Positions 16,806 through 24,823 of a DNA stretch of 64,000 nt are shown here, piece by piece. Every line of letters starts with the position of its first letter. Position 1 is the stretch's first letter. A program made the position numbers and the translations under genes. The stretch is from Dethiobacteria bacterium (GTDB lineage: Bacteria; Bacillota; Dethiobacteria; DTU022; UBA8154). The stretch is from contig JBMNEO010000009.1 of assembly GCA_050948825.1 (NCBI GenBank), positions 68,887 to 132,886 of the forward strand, written 5' to 3'. Under the pieces are notes generated by a model. That model made no database searches. It saw only the letters and a program-made list of their open reading frames with translations, and had not been told where the DNA came from.

Positions 16806-19460
16806 TCAGCCCCTTTCTATCCGGACATAACATGTTTTTCGGGCAGAAGTATTAGCCGGCGTTTCCGGGAGAAAACTGAAAAGACCGGATATGGAATGTT
16901 CTGCTGCAGAGCGCGGAAGTGTAGCAGTCCCCTCCGGCAACGAACCGACGATCTCCGCCACCGCCTGCAGTTGCCCCTCAGGTGAGACAACCCGGACCTG
17001 ATCCCCTGAGCGCAGCCCCATCTTTTGAGCGTCAGCTTCATTAATCCGCACCTTAATAGAAGGGGAAAATTTGCTCAATCTCCTGGAATTTGCACTTCTA
17101 ACCCCGCTGCCTGAGTGATACAAGGAAGTCTCTGCCAGCAGAATATAAGGATAGCTATCATCCGACGCCTTTGCCGGGGGGCTATATTCCGCCAGTGAGA
17201 AACAGGGGAAACTTTTTAAAGGCAGCTTGTAATCAAACCTTGTATTCCATAACTCTTGCTCTTCCGGGCTATCTACGTCGCGTTCATTTCTATATAACGG
17301 CACTAATTCCCTGATTTCATCCATAACCTGCTGGAGAGAAGAAAACGGCAGTGGTTTTTTCATAGCTTCAGCCAGCTGCAGTATTATCTCCCAATCGGGC
17401 CTACTTTCGCCCACAGGATCAATCGCTTTATGGATAGTTTGCACCTTGCCTTCCAGGTTGGTAAAGGTTCCTTCTTTTTCGGCAAAGCCGGCCGCGGGCA
17501 AAACAACTTTGGCCAGTTTGGCTGTTTCTGTCAGAAACAGATCCTGAACGACCAGGAAGTCCAGAGAAGCGAGCGCTTCTTTAACCAGAGCGGCCTGGGG
17601 AAAACCGGCCAGAGGATTTTCACCGGCTATATACAGCCCTTTTATTTTTCCTTCCCCGGACTGTTTGATTATTTCTAAAGCACCTGCCCCTGGTCTGGCA
17701 GGCAGGAGCACATCCCAGCGTGCTTCAAATATATTTCTGGCCTCTGCTTCCCCTACATGCTGATAGCCCGGCAAGAAATCCGGCAGCGCTCCCATATCAC
17801 AGGCACCCTGTGCATTGCAGTCCCTCTGGAGTGCATGCAGCCCGCCGCCTTTGCGCCAGGTGTTACCGGTCAGCAAGGTAAGGTTGATGAGTGCTTTTAC
17901 GTTTTCCACCCCCAGTTCCTGCTGGGTGATCCCAGTGCCATAAACAATCGCCGCTTTGCCGGCTGCAGCATAAAGCCTGGCGGCGTAGCGCATCTGCTCC
18001 ACACCAACGCCTGTTACGGCCTCTCCTGTTTCCAGAGGATAGTTGCTCAGTGCTTCGGCCAACAGTTGGAATTTATCCGTTTTCCGGGCTACGAATTCCC
18101 GATCGATCAGATTTTCTTCAATAATCACTTTGGCCAGGCAATTCAGCAGTGCCAGGTCGGTGCCCACCCTGGGCTGCAACCAGCAATCGGCAAAAAAGGT
18201 TAGCTTTGTCCGGCGCGGATCGATCACGATCAATTTGGCTCCGCGAAGTTTAACTGCCCGTTTAATCTGATAGCTTACCAAAGGAGCTGAAGCCTCCGGA
18301 TTAGCTCCAATTAATAGGATTACTTCGGCCTGCTCTAAATTTTTCAGGCTTTGTGTAATGCCGGGAAAACCAAAAGTGTCGCTGAAAGCCCGGAGTGTTG
18401 TATTATAATAAAGGCTGCTGCCGTTATCGATATTATTTGTACCCAGCACGCCCCGTGCAAACAACTGTAACAGGTAGTTTTCTTCATTGGTGCAGTTGGC
18501 GGAGCCTATTACCGCCAAACTGTCCGCGCCATGTTCTTCTTTAATCTTTTCAAAAGCCCCCGCCGCCATCGTCAGGGCTTCTTCCCAGGTTGCCTCCTTA
18601 AAATCACCGTTTACTTTTATTAATGGTTTGCTCAACCTCTTCGGGCTATGGATGAAATCACAACCGTAGCTGCCTTTAACACATAGCGCCTCCTGATTGT
18701 CTTGCTCTTCAAATGCCGGCTTTACCCGGGCAACCTGGTTATCCTTTATCTCAAGCGAGATGCTGCATCCACAGCCGCAATAGGGACACGTTGTTTGAAC
18801 AGCATTTCCGATAGCCCCCCTGTACAGCGCCTCTTTTTCCATTAAAGCCCCCGTAGGACATAGAGCCACGCAGGTTCCACAAAATGTGCATTCCGAATAT
18901 TCCAGGGGAGAATTATTTAAGGTAGCCGGCTTTGCCTTAAACCCCCGGCCGAAATAATCAAAAGCACCTTCAATAACCAGCTCCTGGCAAGCCCGAATAC
19001 ACCTGGCACATAAAATACACTTGCTCATATCTCTGACGATAAAGGGGTTTACTTCTTCGGTAACAGCCGGCTGCGGAATTCTGTCTAATTCAATTAAGCC
19101 AATTCCTAAATCCGCAGCCAGCTGGCGCAGTTGGCACTGGTTTCCTTTATCGCATACCAGGCAAGAATCGGGATGGCTGGCAAGAATTAACTTGAGGATC
19201 ATCTTGCGATGTTCCAGAACTCGCGGAGACTCGGTGTTGATAATCATCCCCGGTGCGATAGGGGTAACACAGGATGCCAGCAAAGCACCGTTTTGTTCAT
19301 TCTCCACCAGACAAAAACGGCATGCCCCAATGGGAGTGAGCTTGGAATGATGGCAGATAGTGGGGATATTTATGCCGGACTCCCGGGCAAGTTCCAGAAT
19401 TGTCATCCCTGGATGGCCGCTAACTTCTTGCGTATTAATAGTTAACGTTACCGGTTGCAA
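16806..19460 (-). CDS. FdhA/NuoG-like molybdopterin-oxidoreductase-fold subunit with an N-terminal FeS domain; FDH catalytic residues absent
   Basis: N-terminal 2Fe-2S (CHHSKLTPIGACRFC), a His-ligated cluster (HPDSCLVCDKGNQC), two ferredoxin-type 4Fe-4S clusters, and the MopB 4Fe-4S (CPYCGCGCS). GTNNIDNGSSLYYN stands where FDH-H has GTNNVDCCARVUHG. The likely start is TTG 19460, after AAAGGAGGA. Confidence 0.8.
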   Translation of the reverse strand: MQPVTLTINTQEVSGHPGMTILELARESGINIPTICHHSKLTPIGACRFCLVENEQNGALLASCVTPIAPGMIINTESPRVLEHRKMILKLILASHPDSCLVCDKGNQCQLRQLAADLGIGLIELDRIPQPAVTEEVNPFIVRDMSKCILCARCIRACQELVIEGAFDYFGRGFKAKPATLNNSPLEYSECTFCGTCVALCPTGALMEKEALYRGAIGNAVQTTCPYCGCGCSISLEIKDNQVARVKPAFEEQDNQEALCVKGSYGCDFIHSPKRLSKPLIKVNGDFKEATWEEALTMAAGAFEKIKEEHGADSLAVIGSANCTNEENYLLQLFARGVLGTNNIDNGSSLYYNTTLRAFSDTFGFPGITQSLKNLEQAEVILLIGANPEASAPLVSYQIKRAVKLRGAKLIVIDPRRTKLTFFADCWLQPRVGTDLALLNCLAKVIIEENLIDREFVARKTDKFQLLAEALSNYPLETGEAVTGVGVEQMRYAARLYAAAGKAAIVYGTGITQQELGVENVKALINLTLLTGNTWRKGGGLHALQRDCNAQGACDMGALPDFLPGYQHVGEAEARNIFEARWDVLLPARPGAGALEIIKQSGEGKIKGLYIAGENPLAGFPQAALVKEALASLDFLVVQDLFLTETAKLAKVVLPAAGFAEKEGTFTNLEGKVQTIHKAIDPVGESRPDWEIILQLAEAMKKPLPFSSLQQVMDEIRELVPLYRNERDVDSPEEQELWNTRFDYKLPLKSFPCFSLAEYSPPAKASDDSYPYILLAETSLYHSGSGVRSANSRRLSKFSPSIKVRINEADAQKMGLRSGDQVRVVSPEGQLQAVAEIVGSLPEGTATLPRSAAEHSISGLFSFLPETPANTSARKTCYVRIERG

Positions 19461-19509
19461 ACGAAATCCTCCTTTCAAATACGCTTTTGTTCATATCCTT
19501 AAAAAGATG

Positions 19510-19525
19510 ATTAGACCGGTCTAAT
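19510..19525. promoter_or_regulatory. perfect 16-bp palindrome ATTAGACCGGTCTAAT between the tandem-REC gene and the metFV operon
   Basis: It lies 50-65 nt upstream of the TTG 19460 start (32-47 nt upstream of TTG 19478). It could be an operator or a weak terminator for the upstream gene. Confidence 0.3.
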
Positions 19526-19548
19526 TCATACAAAAAATATTTTGCTTT

Positions 19549-20304
19549 TTAGCTTGCCGCCCTGATCGCTTCCACCAGTTGCGAACCGATACTTTTTTTG
19601 GAAATAAAGCCAAAGGCTCCGGCCTGTTTGCTGGCGGCAATATTATCTTCATCATCATATTGACTTAAAACTAGAATTTTCACCTCCTTACAATTGCGGG
19701 TGATCTGCTTCGTTGCTTCAATACCGTTCATTGCCGGCATTGCAAGATCCATAAGCACTACATCCGGCAGCAGTTTTGTAGTTTTTTCAATAGCGTCTTG
19801 ACCGTCTGTTGCTTCCCCGATTATTACGATATCTTTTTGCAAATTTAGAAGGGCGGATACCCCTTCTCTTATTACGGCATGATCATCCGCAATAAGCACC
19901 TTGATCTTTCTCGTAGTCTCATCCAGCAGTTTCTCGATTACGTTGGCCAGAAATGAAGGTTTTATCGGTCTGCTTAAATAATCCTCAACTTCCAGCCTGA
20001 GCCCCTCATCCCTCCTCCATCCACTGACCAGTTGCTTTTCCGGCGGAGCATCAACGACAACAATCGGCAGATTCTTTGTAACAGGCATTGCCTTTAACCA
20101 CTGGTGCAGTTGAAAAGCATCACCGCGAGGAGAAATTACACCCAAAACAATAAAGTCGGGCTTACGTGTACGTACTATTTCCTCGGCTTGTGATTTATGA
20201 ATAGCAATAGAAACATCATAGTTCCTTTTTTCAAGCTCTGCCCGCAGACCCTCAGTAAAATCTACTTCCTTATCGACAATGAGAATTTTTTCTTTCACTT
20301 TCAT
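19549..20304 (-). CDS. tandem-receiver response regulator without output domain (pseudo-REC + REC)
   Basis: REC1 lacks the phospho-acceptor: IVLGVISP stands where xxxDxxMP is expected, and DKE replaces DD. REC2 is canonical (LIADDHAVIREG ... VVLMDLAMPAMNG ... K). Confidence 0.8.
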   Translation of the reverse strand: MKVKEKILIVDKEVDFTEGLRAELEKRNYDVSIAIHKSQAEEIVRTRKPDFIVLGVISPRGDAFQLHQWLKAMPVTKNLPIVVVDAPPEKQLVSGWRRDEGLRLEVEDYLSRPIKPSFLANVIEKLLDETTRKIKVLIADDHAVIREGVSALLNLQKDIVIIGEATDGQDAIEKTTKLLPDVVLMDLAMPAMNGIEATKQITRNCKEVKILVLSQYDDEDNIAASKQAGAFGFISKKSIGSQLVEAIRAAS

Positions 20305-20486
20305 CGACCTCCTTTCAGAGTTATATTTAAAATTTTTTATGTTCTGAATTTTTTCTTTAAATATATTCTAACTTCGTTATTCAATAGTGTAAAGCGGCAT
20401 AGACCTGAATATTGATGGCCGTCTTGCCCTATATTTTCCGGAAGATCACCTGAATAATAATCGTCTTAATAAAGAAAAAGAAACCT

Positions 20487-20545
20487 TTTTTAAGGTTTTC
20501 TCTTAAGGAATCAGACCGAATTTTAAGGTTTTTTCTTAGGGGATC
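20487..20545. repeat. direct repeat TTTTAAGGTTTT(C/T)TCTTA(A/G)GG(A/G)ATC x2 (34-nt period)
   Basis: Copies at 20487-20511 and 20521-20545. The hairpin GATCGGAAAAAATCCGAT follows, just after the stop of the NarL-type regulator. Confidence 0.7.
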
Positions 20546-20566
20546 GGAAAAAATCCGATTAAATTC

Positions 20567-21220
20567 TTACATTGAAATAATCTTTTTTTGCAGGGCGTAC
20601 TTAATCAGCTCCGCCCGATTGCGTAGCTCAAGTTTGGCCATAAGCCTGGTTTTATGGCTGTCTACAGTTTTAGGGCTGATGACGAGCATCTTTGCAATTT
20701 CTTTATTCGTATGCCCTTCGGCCAGCAAACGCAGCACCTCTTTCTCTCGCCCGGTAAGCTGTTCGTAGGGATCGCGTTTCTTTTTTATATTAGCTTCCAG
20801 TTGATAGTTTTTGATCAAATGCTTCGTTGCTGACGGAGAAAGATATGAATCGCCACGGTAGACCGAACGGATAGCTGAAACAAGTTCGGATGAGGCTGCG
20901 GATTTATTGAGGAAGCCGTGAGCGCCGGCCTCAAGAATAGAAAAAACATGTTCTTCATCACTATACTGGGTAAGAATAATTACTTTTATCCCAGGAAACT
21001 CTTTACACATAGCAAGGGTTGCTTCAAGACCACTCATTCCAGGCATAGAGAGGTCCATAAGCACTATATCAATTTTATGCTTACCGGCGATTTCCAAGGC
21101 TTCATTTCCATTGCCGGCTTCTCCGACAATCTCTATTTCAGGTGAAAGCTCCAGCAAGGCACAGAGACCTTCCCGCACGATGGTGTGATCATCGACCAGT
21201 AATACTCTGATTTTACGCAT
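20567..21220 (-). CDS. NarL/FixJ-family response regulator (REC + LuxR HTH)
   Basis: VLLVDDHTIVREG, VLMDLSMPGMSG, and the C-terminal LTGREKEVLRLLAEGHTNKEIAKMLVISPKTVDSHK. Confidence 0.9.
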   Translation of the reverse strand: MRKIRVLLVDDHTIVREGLCALLELSPEIEIVGEAGNGNEALEIAGKHKIDIVLMDLSMPGMSGLEATLAMCKEFPGIKVIILTQYSDEEHVFSILEAGAHGFLNKSAASSELVSAIRSVYRGDSYLSPSATKHLIKNYQLEANIKKKRDPYEQLTGREKEVLRLLAEGHTNKEIAKMLVISPKTVDSHKTRLMAKLELRNRAELIKYALQKKIISM

Positions 21221-21298
21221 ATCAGAAACTCCTTTACAATTTCAGAGAAGCCCTGGGGCCTTGGGGAAGCCCCGGGACCTAAAATCAATAGAAAAACT

Positions 21299-22576
21299 TT
21301 ATCGCAAGGGAATAACTGCGATTACCGTGGTTCCTTTTCCCGGTTGAGAATGGACTGTTAAATCCCCGCCGAAGAGTTTCATCCTTTCTTTGGCGATCAT
21401 AAGACCCATACCGTTTTTTCTTTTTTTAGGAATTATTTTTCCTATTTGCGTAACGTCAAAACCTATACCATCATCTTGAATGCATATTTCCAGCTTGTGA
21501 TCTTTCTCCATCATAGAAATAGTGACATTTTGGGCCTGGGAGTGCCGCACAACATTTCCGATCATCCCCTGCGCCCAGCGAAATAGATTAACTTCAATTT
21601 CCGGCAAAAGAGTGACACCTGCTTCCTTTATATCAAAATTGACATTGATCCCCAGCGGAAGAAGGCAGGATTCGGCATAATGGCGAATTGCGGGGATGAA
21701 CCCATGCAAATCAAGGAGTACAGGGCGGAGATCAGAGACGAGACGGTTAACCTCATTGTTTATCTGAATAGTCGAAGCATGTGTTTTTGTTAACATAGTT
21801 TTGAATTTGTTATCCTGAATCCCGATTATTTCAGCCATCTCAATCAGCACCTGCAAGTTCAAGGTCAAAGCGGCCAGCATCTGGCAGGTTTCATCATGCA
21901 GTTCCTGTGATATTCTTTTCTTTTCTTCTTCCTGAGCAGTGATAACCTGTAACGCTACCTGCCGGATCTTTTCTCTCTTATTCAGCAGTTTGGCATGCAA
22001 CCTGGCCTGACCAATAGCCAAACCAAGTTGGTCGCCCACGGAGTGCAAAAGATGCATATCCTTTTCGGTGAACTGGCGTGCAAGCGGGCTTGCACAGTTT
22101 AACACCCCCAATACTCTTTCCCTGTAACGCAAAGGAACGCTGATAAAAGACCGCAAACTTTTTTTGTTGATAAGGTTGCAGGATAAAGCAACTTCCGGTT
22201 CGTTTGAAATGTCATTCATCAGAATAGCCTTCCCGGTTAGCGCAACCCTCCCGTTTACACCTTCTCCTATTTTAACGGATATATTCTCTGCAAAATCATC
22301 GGGAAGGCCGCGATAAACACAATATGTGAGGTATTTATCCCGATCGTCCAGAAGCAAAATCCCGCCGCATATCCCTCCCATATACTCAAGCGTCTTTTCC
22401 AGCCCTACTCTCAAAATAGCATTTAATTCACATAAACCGCTTACCGCAGAAGTTACACGGCTAATAATTAAAAGAGCATCAATGATTTCATCATCTTCCA
22501 ACTTTTGATAAGGCTTGATATTATCAGCTGATAAGGCAGTTTCCGTCGTTTGGGTTTGATTATTTCTCGCTAACAT
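21299..22576 (-). CDS. GAF-domain sensor histidine kinase (HisKA_3/NarX-DegS type)
   Basis: GAF region, H-box ISQELHDETCQ, and an HATPase G-box (GMGLMIAKERM ... GKGTTV). Start at ATG 22576 after GGGAGG. Confidence 0.85.
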   Translation of the reverse strand: MLARNNQTQTTETALSADNIKPYQKLEDDEIIDALLIISRVTSAVSGLCELNAILRVGLEKTLEYMGGICGGILLLDDRDKYLTYCVYRGLPDDFAENISVKIGEGVNGRVALTGKAILMNDISNEPEVALSCNLINKKSLRSFISVPLRYRERVLGVLNCASPLARQFTEKDMHLLHSVGDQLGLAIGQARLHAKLLNKREKIRQVALQVITAQEEEKKRISQELHDETCQMLAALTLNLQVLIEMAEIIGIQDNKFKTMLTKTHASTIQINNEVNRLVSDLRPVLLDLHGFIPAIRHYAESCLLPLGINVNFDIKEAGVTLLPEIEVNLFRWAQGMIGNVVRHSQAQNVTISMMEKDHKLEICIQDDGIGFDVTQIGKIIPKKRKNGMGLMIAKERMKLFGGDLTVHSQPGKGTTVIAVIPLR

Positions 22577-22897
22577 AATTATACCTCCCAACAATAAATA
22601 GCGAAAAAACGGTCTATACAGGCCGAAGCTTCTCTAATGCATAAATTGTCTGAATTGTAAGCCTATTCTTATTATAGAGCAACCAGGCAATTATTGTCAA
22701 TAGGGAATTACTGTCAACGGCAACCGAAGAGAAGTTATTTTAAACAGCCTGTATATACCTCATTATACTGGTTTGTTTTTTAGTTTTATATTCACATTTT
22801 TGCAGGTGCATCATATTGTATGTATGATTTCCTTCGCCCGTGACAGTTTGATTGGACTATTGCAGGATGGTACAATCATAGTTTTGATCATAGATAC

Positions 22898-23671
22898 TCA
22901 TTTAATAAATGCAGCTATGGAGGCAAAATACTCTTCCTCGCCTTCAAAAATTAGGCTGTTATGATCGGCATACGGGATTATCACCAGCTTTTTTTCATCC
23001 GTCTTCAGCAATGAATAGATCGCTTCAGCTTCCGTCAGGGGCACCAGATTGTCCTCTTCACCATGAATAATTAGAGCAGGTACGCGGATACGCTGTATTT
23101 TTTGACGGCACTCTTCCTCAAGCGGCTCCAGCACTTCCCCGGAAAACCCGAGCCTCCGGGCAATGCGGGAAGCACATACAAAACCGCTTTCGATGATCAA
23201 TCCTTTAATTTCTCCGGCACGGTCAGCTGCCAGCTCCAGGGCGGAAACGCTCCCCAGGGAGCGGCCCATTATATAAAGCTCTAAACTGTATTTGCGGCCG
23301 GCCAGCTCTTTTTTCACAGCATCAAAAATAACATGGGCATCTGACAGCAGGGCAGTAAAAGTAGGGGTCCCGCCGCTGTTGCCATAACCGCGGTACTCGG
23401 CCACCACCAGGTTTGCCCCTGCAGCGTTGTACAGCGCTGCAAAACCATCGTAATCGCTGACAATCTCCCCATTTCCATGGAAGAACAAAATAGTGGGATA
23501 AGTGGGGCCTCTGCTGTAAAAACGGCAGTGCAACGAAATACCCGTTCCAACAGATATTTGAAGATCGAAAGCATTTTCTGGACAACGCCTCAGCCCCCGC
23601 CGGGGGAAAAAAGCATTACGCAAAATAAGGGGCTCATCCAAAAGATAATAGTATGACATGAGATTGTACAC
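22898..23671 (-). CDS. alpha/beta hydrolase
   Basis: Nucleophile elbow GRSLGS, oxyanion region FFHGNGE, and a C-terminal D/H (ADHNS). Confidence 0.8.
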   Translation of the reverse strand: MYNLMSYYYLLDEPLILRNAFFPRRGLRRCPENAFDLQISVGTGISLHCRFYSRGPTYPTILFFHGNGEIVSDYDGFAALYNAAGANLVVAEYRGYGNSGGTPTFTALLSDAHVIFDAVKKELAGRKYSLELYIMGRSLGSVSALELAADRAGEIKGLIIESGFVCASRIARRLGFSGEVLEPLEEECRQKIQRIRVPALIIHGEEDNLVPLTEAEAIYSLLKTDEKKLVIIPYADHNSLIFEGEEEYFASIAAFIK

Positions 23672-23682
23672 GCTCCTTTTTT

Positions 23683-23791
23683 GGGACAGAGGGACAGGTT
23701 TGGGACAAAGGTGGTGGAACAGCGGTGCGGGACAGGGAGGCAGATCCCTTGTCCCTCCCCCATGGGATTAGATGGAAAAGTCACTTGTCCC
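23683..23791. repeat. cluster of GGGACA / TGTCCC words
   Basis: GGGACA at 23683, 23691, 23702 and 23729. TGTCCC at 23750 and 23786. The cluster is directly upstream of the hydrolase start. Confidence 0.85.
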
Positions 23792-24033
23792 TTCCCTGCC
23801 TCTTTACTTCCATTATTCCCTGCCGTCTCCTCTTTTTTCAATCCTTTCATGTTTTCTACTCATATGCTCATAAACCCTTTCAAAATAATAATGGAGGGCA
23901 AATAAAAGAAGACCGTTATTTTTTCATAGAGCAGCCCATCTTCTTCATGCATTGACAGATAAGACCAACCCCTGTATAATATAAATGTTTACTAAGTTAG
24001 TAAACCAGTAAATTACAATGGGGGGCTACGATA

Positions 24034-24513
24034 ATGAAAATACCGACGACTCTAAAGCATAAACCAGTTATTGTCTCGGAAAACTATGAGAATGTTGACG
24101 GCAGGTATGCCTATAACTCAGATGCCAAGGGACTTTCCCTGGGACTTGCCCAATGGAATGATAGAGGAAAGGTGGATATTTCAGCAAAAGTATGGAGATA
24201 CACTGGTCAAAAATGGTCCAGGCAATCAGAGGAACTCCCTCTGCACCGTGTTCTGGATCTGGCCATTCTTGTCTGCAGAGCAGCCCTTCATTTCCGGGAG
24301 GCCTACCGCTATGAAAAATTATACAATACGGAAAATCCCGTCATCGATCGGGTTGGTTTGCAGGGGGATGCCATGACGGTGGCCATCTGTACAGACAACG
24401 AAAAAATTGACGAAGATATTCAGCTTTTCAACCAGACACTCAGCAACGATGGCGAGCTTATCGGAGAACGCCTGACTACCTTATCGAGAATACTGAAAGA
24501 AATGGGGTATTAA
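24034..24513 (+). CDS. conserved hypothetical protein (possibly DUF6530-type; not verifiable here)
   Basis: 159-aa ORF with a G-rich RBS and no TM segment. The family name comes from memory of similar N-termini only. Confidence 0.55.
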   Translation: MKIPTTLKHKPVIVSENYENVDGRYAYNSDAKGLSLGLAQWNDRGKVDISAKVWRYTGQKWSRQSEELPLHRVLDLAILVCRAALHFREAYRYEKLYNTENPVIDRVGLQGDAMTVAICTDNEKIDEDIQLFNQTLSNDGELIGERLTTLSRILKEMGY

Positions 24514-24516
24514 CTC

Positions 24517-24690
24517 TTGGACAGGAGAAAATTGTTAAAGGGACAATACAAACAAATGAAGCCTGAAATGGGTATATTTTTCATCCGTGCCAATTTCAAC
24601 AATAAGTGCTATCTGGAAAGCACCGGAGATTTGGGAGGAAAAATTGCTTAAACAAAAGATGGAGTTTTATAACAGATAAACGAGTTCAAC
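24517..24690 (+). pseudogene. remnant of a small GIY-YIG-type nuclease-family gene (internal deletion and frameshift)
   Basis: The N-terminal 44 codons (LDRRKLLKGQYKQMKPEMGIFFIRANFNNKCYLESTGDL..) resemble the start of ~110-aa GIY-YIG proteins and then stop. In another frame directly after comes the family-like C-terminus EIWEEKLLKQKMEFYNR. Confidence 0.45.
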
Positions 24691-24765
24691 GAACTTAAAA
24701 AAATCTTCCCTTGGTTTACAGCGGAATGGAACTTTTACATCATTAATCTTCAAGAGATCTGGAAA

Positions 24766-24810
24766 GCGCAAAGTTCCCCCGACGGGAAAACCCTACGGGG
24801 AACTTTGCGC
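24766..24810 (-). terminator. long hairpin terminator after the BceB-like permease
   Basis: GCGCAAAGTTCCCC (24766-24779) pairs with GGGGAACTTTGCGC (24797-24810), a 14-bp stem. TTTCC follows on the minus strand. Confidence 0.6.
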
Positions 24811-24823
24811 AACACTGCTAATC

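Noticed and set aside
16806-19478. Selenocysteine-containing formate dehydrogenase
   Set aside because: The ORF is continuous with no in-frame TGA. The position aligned to Sec/Cys is Tyr, so it is reported as a degenerate FDH-like subunit instead.
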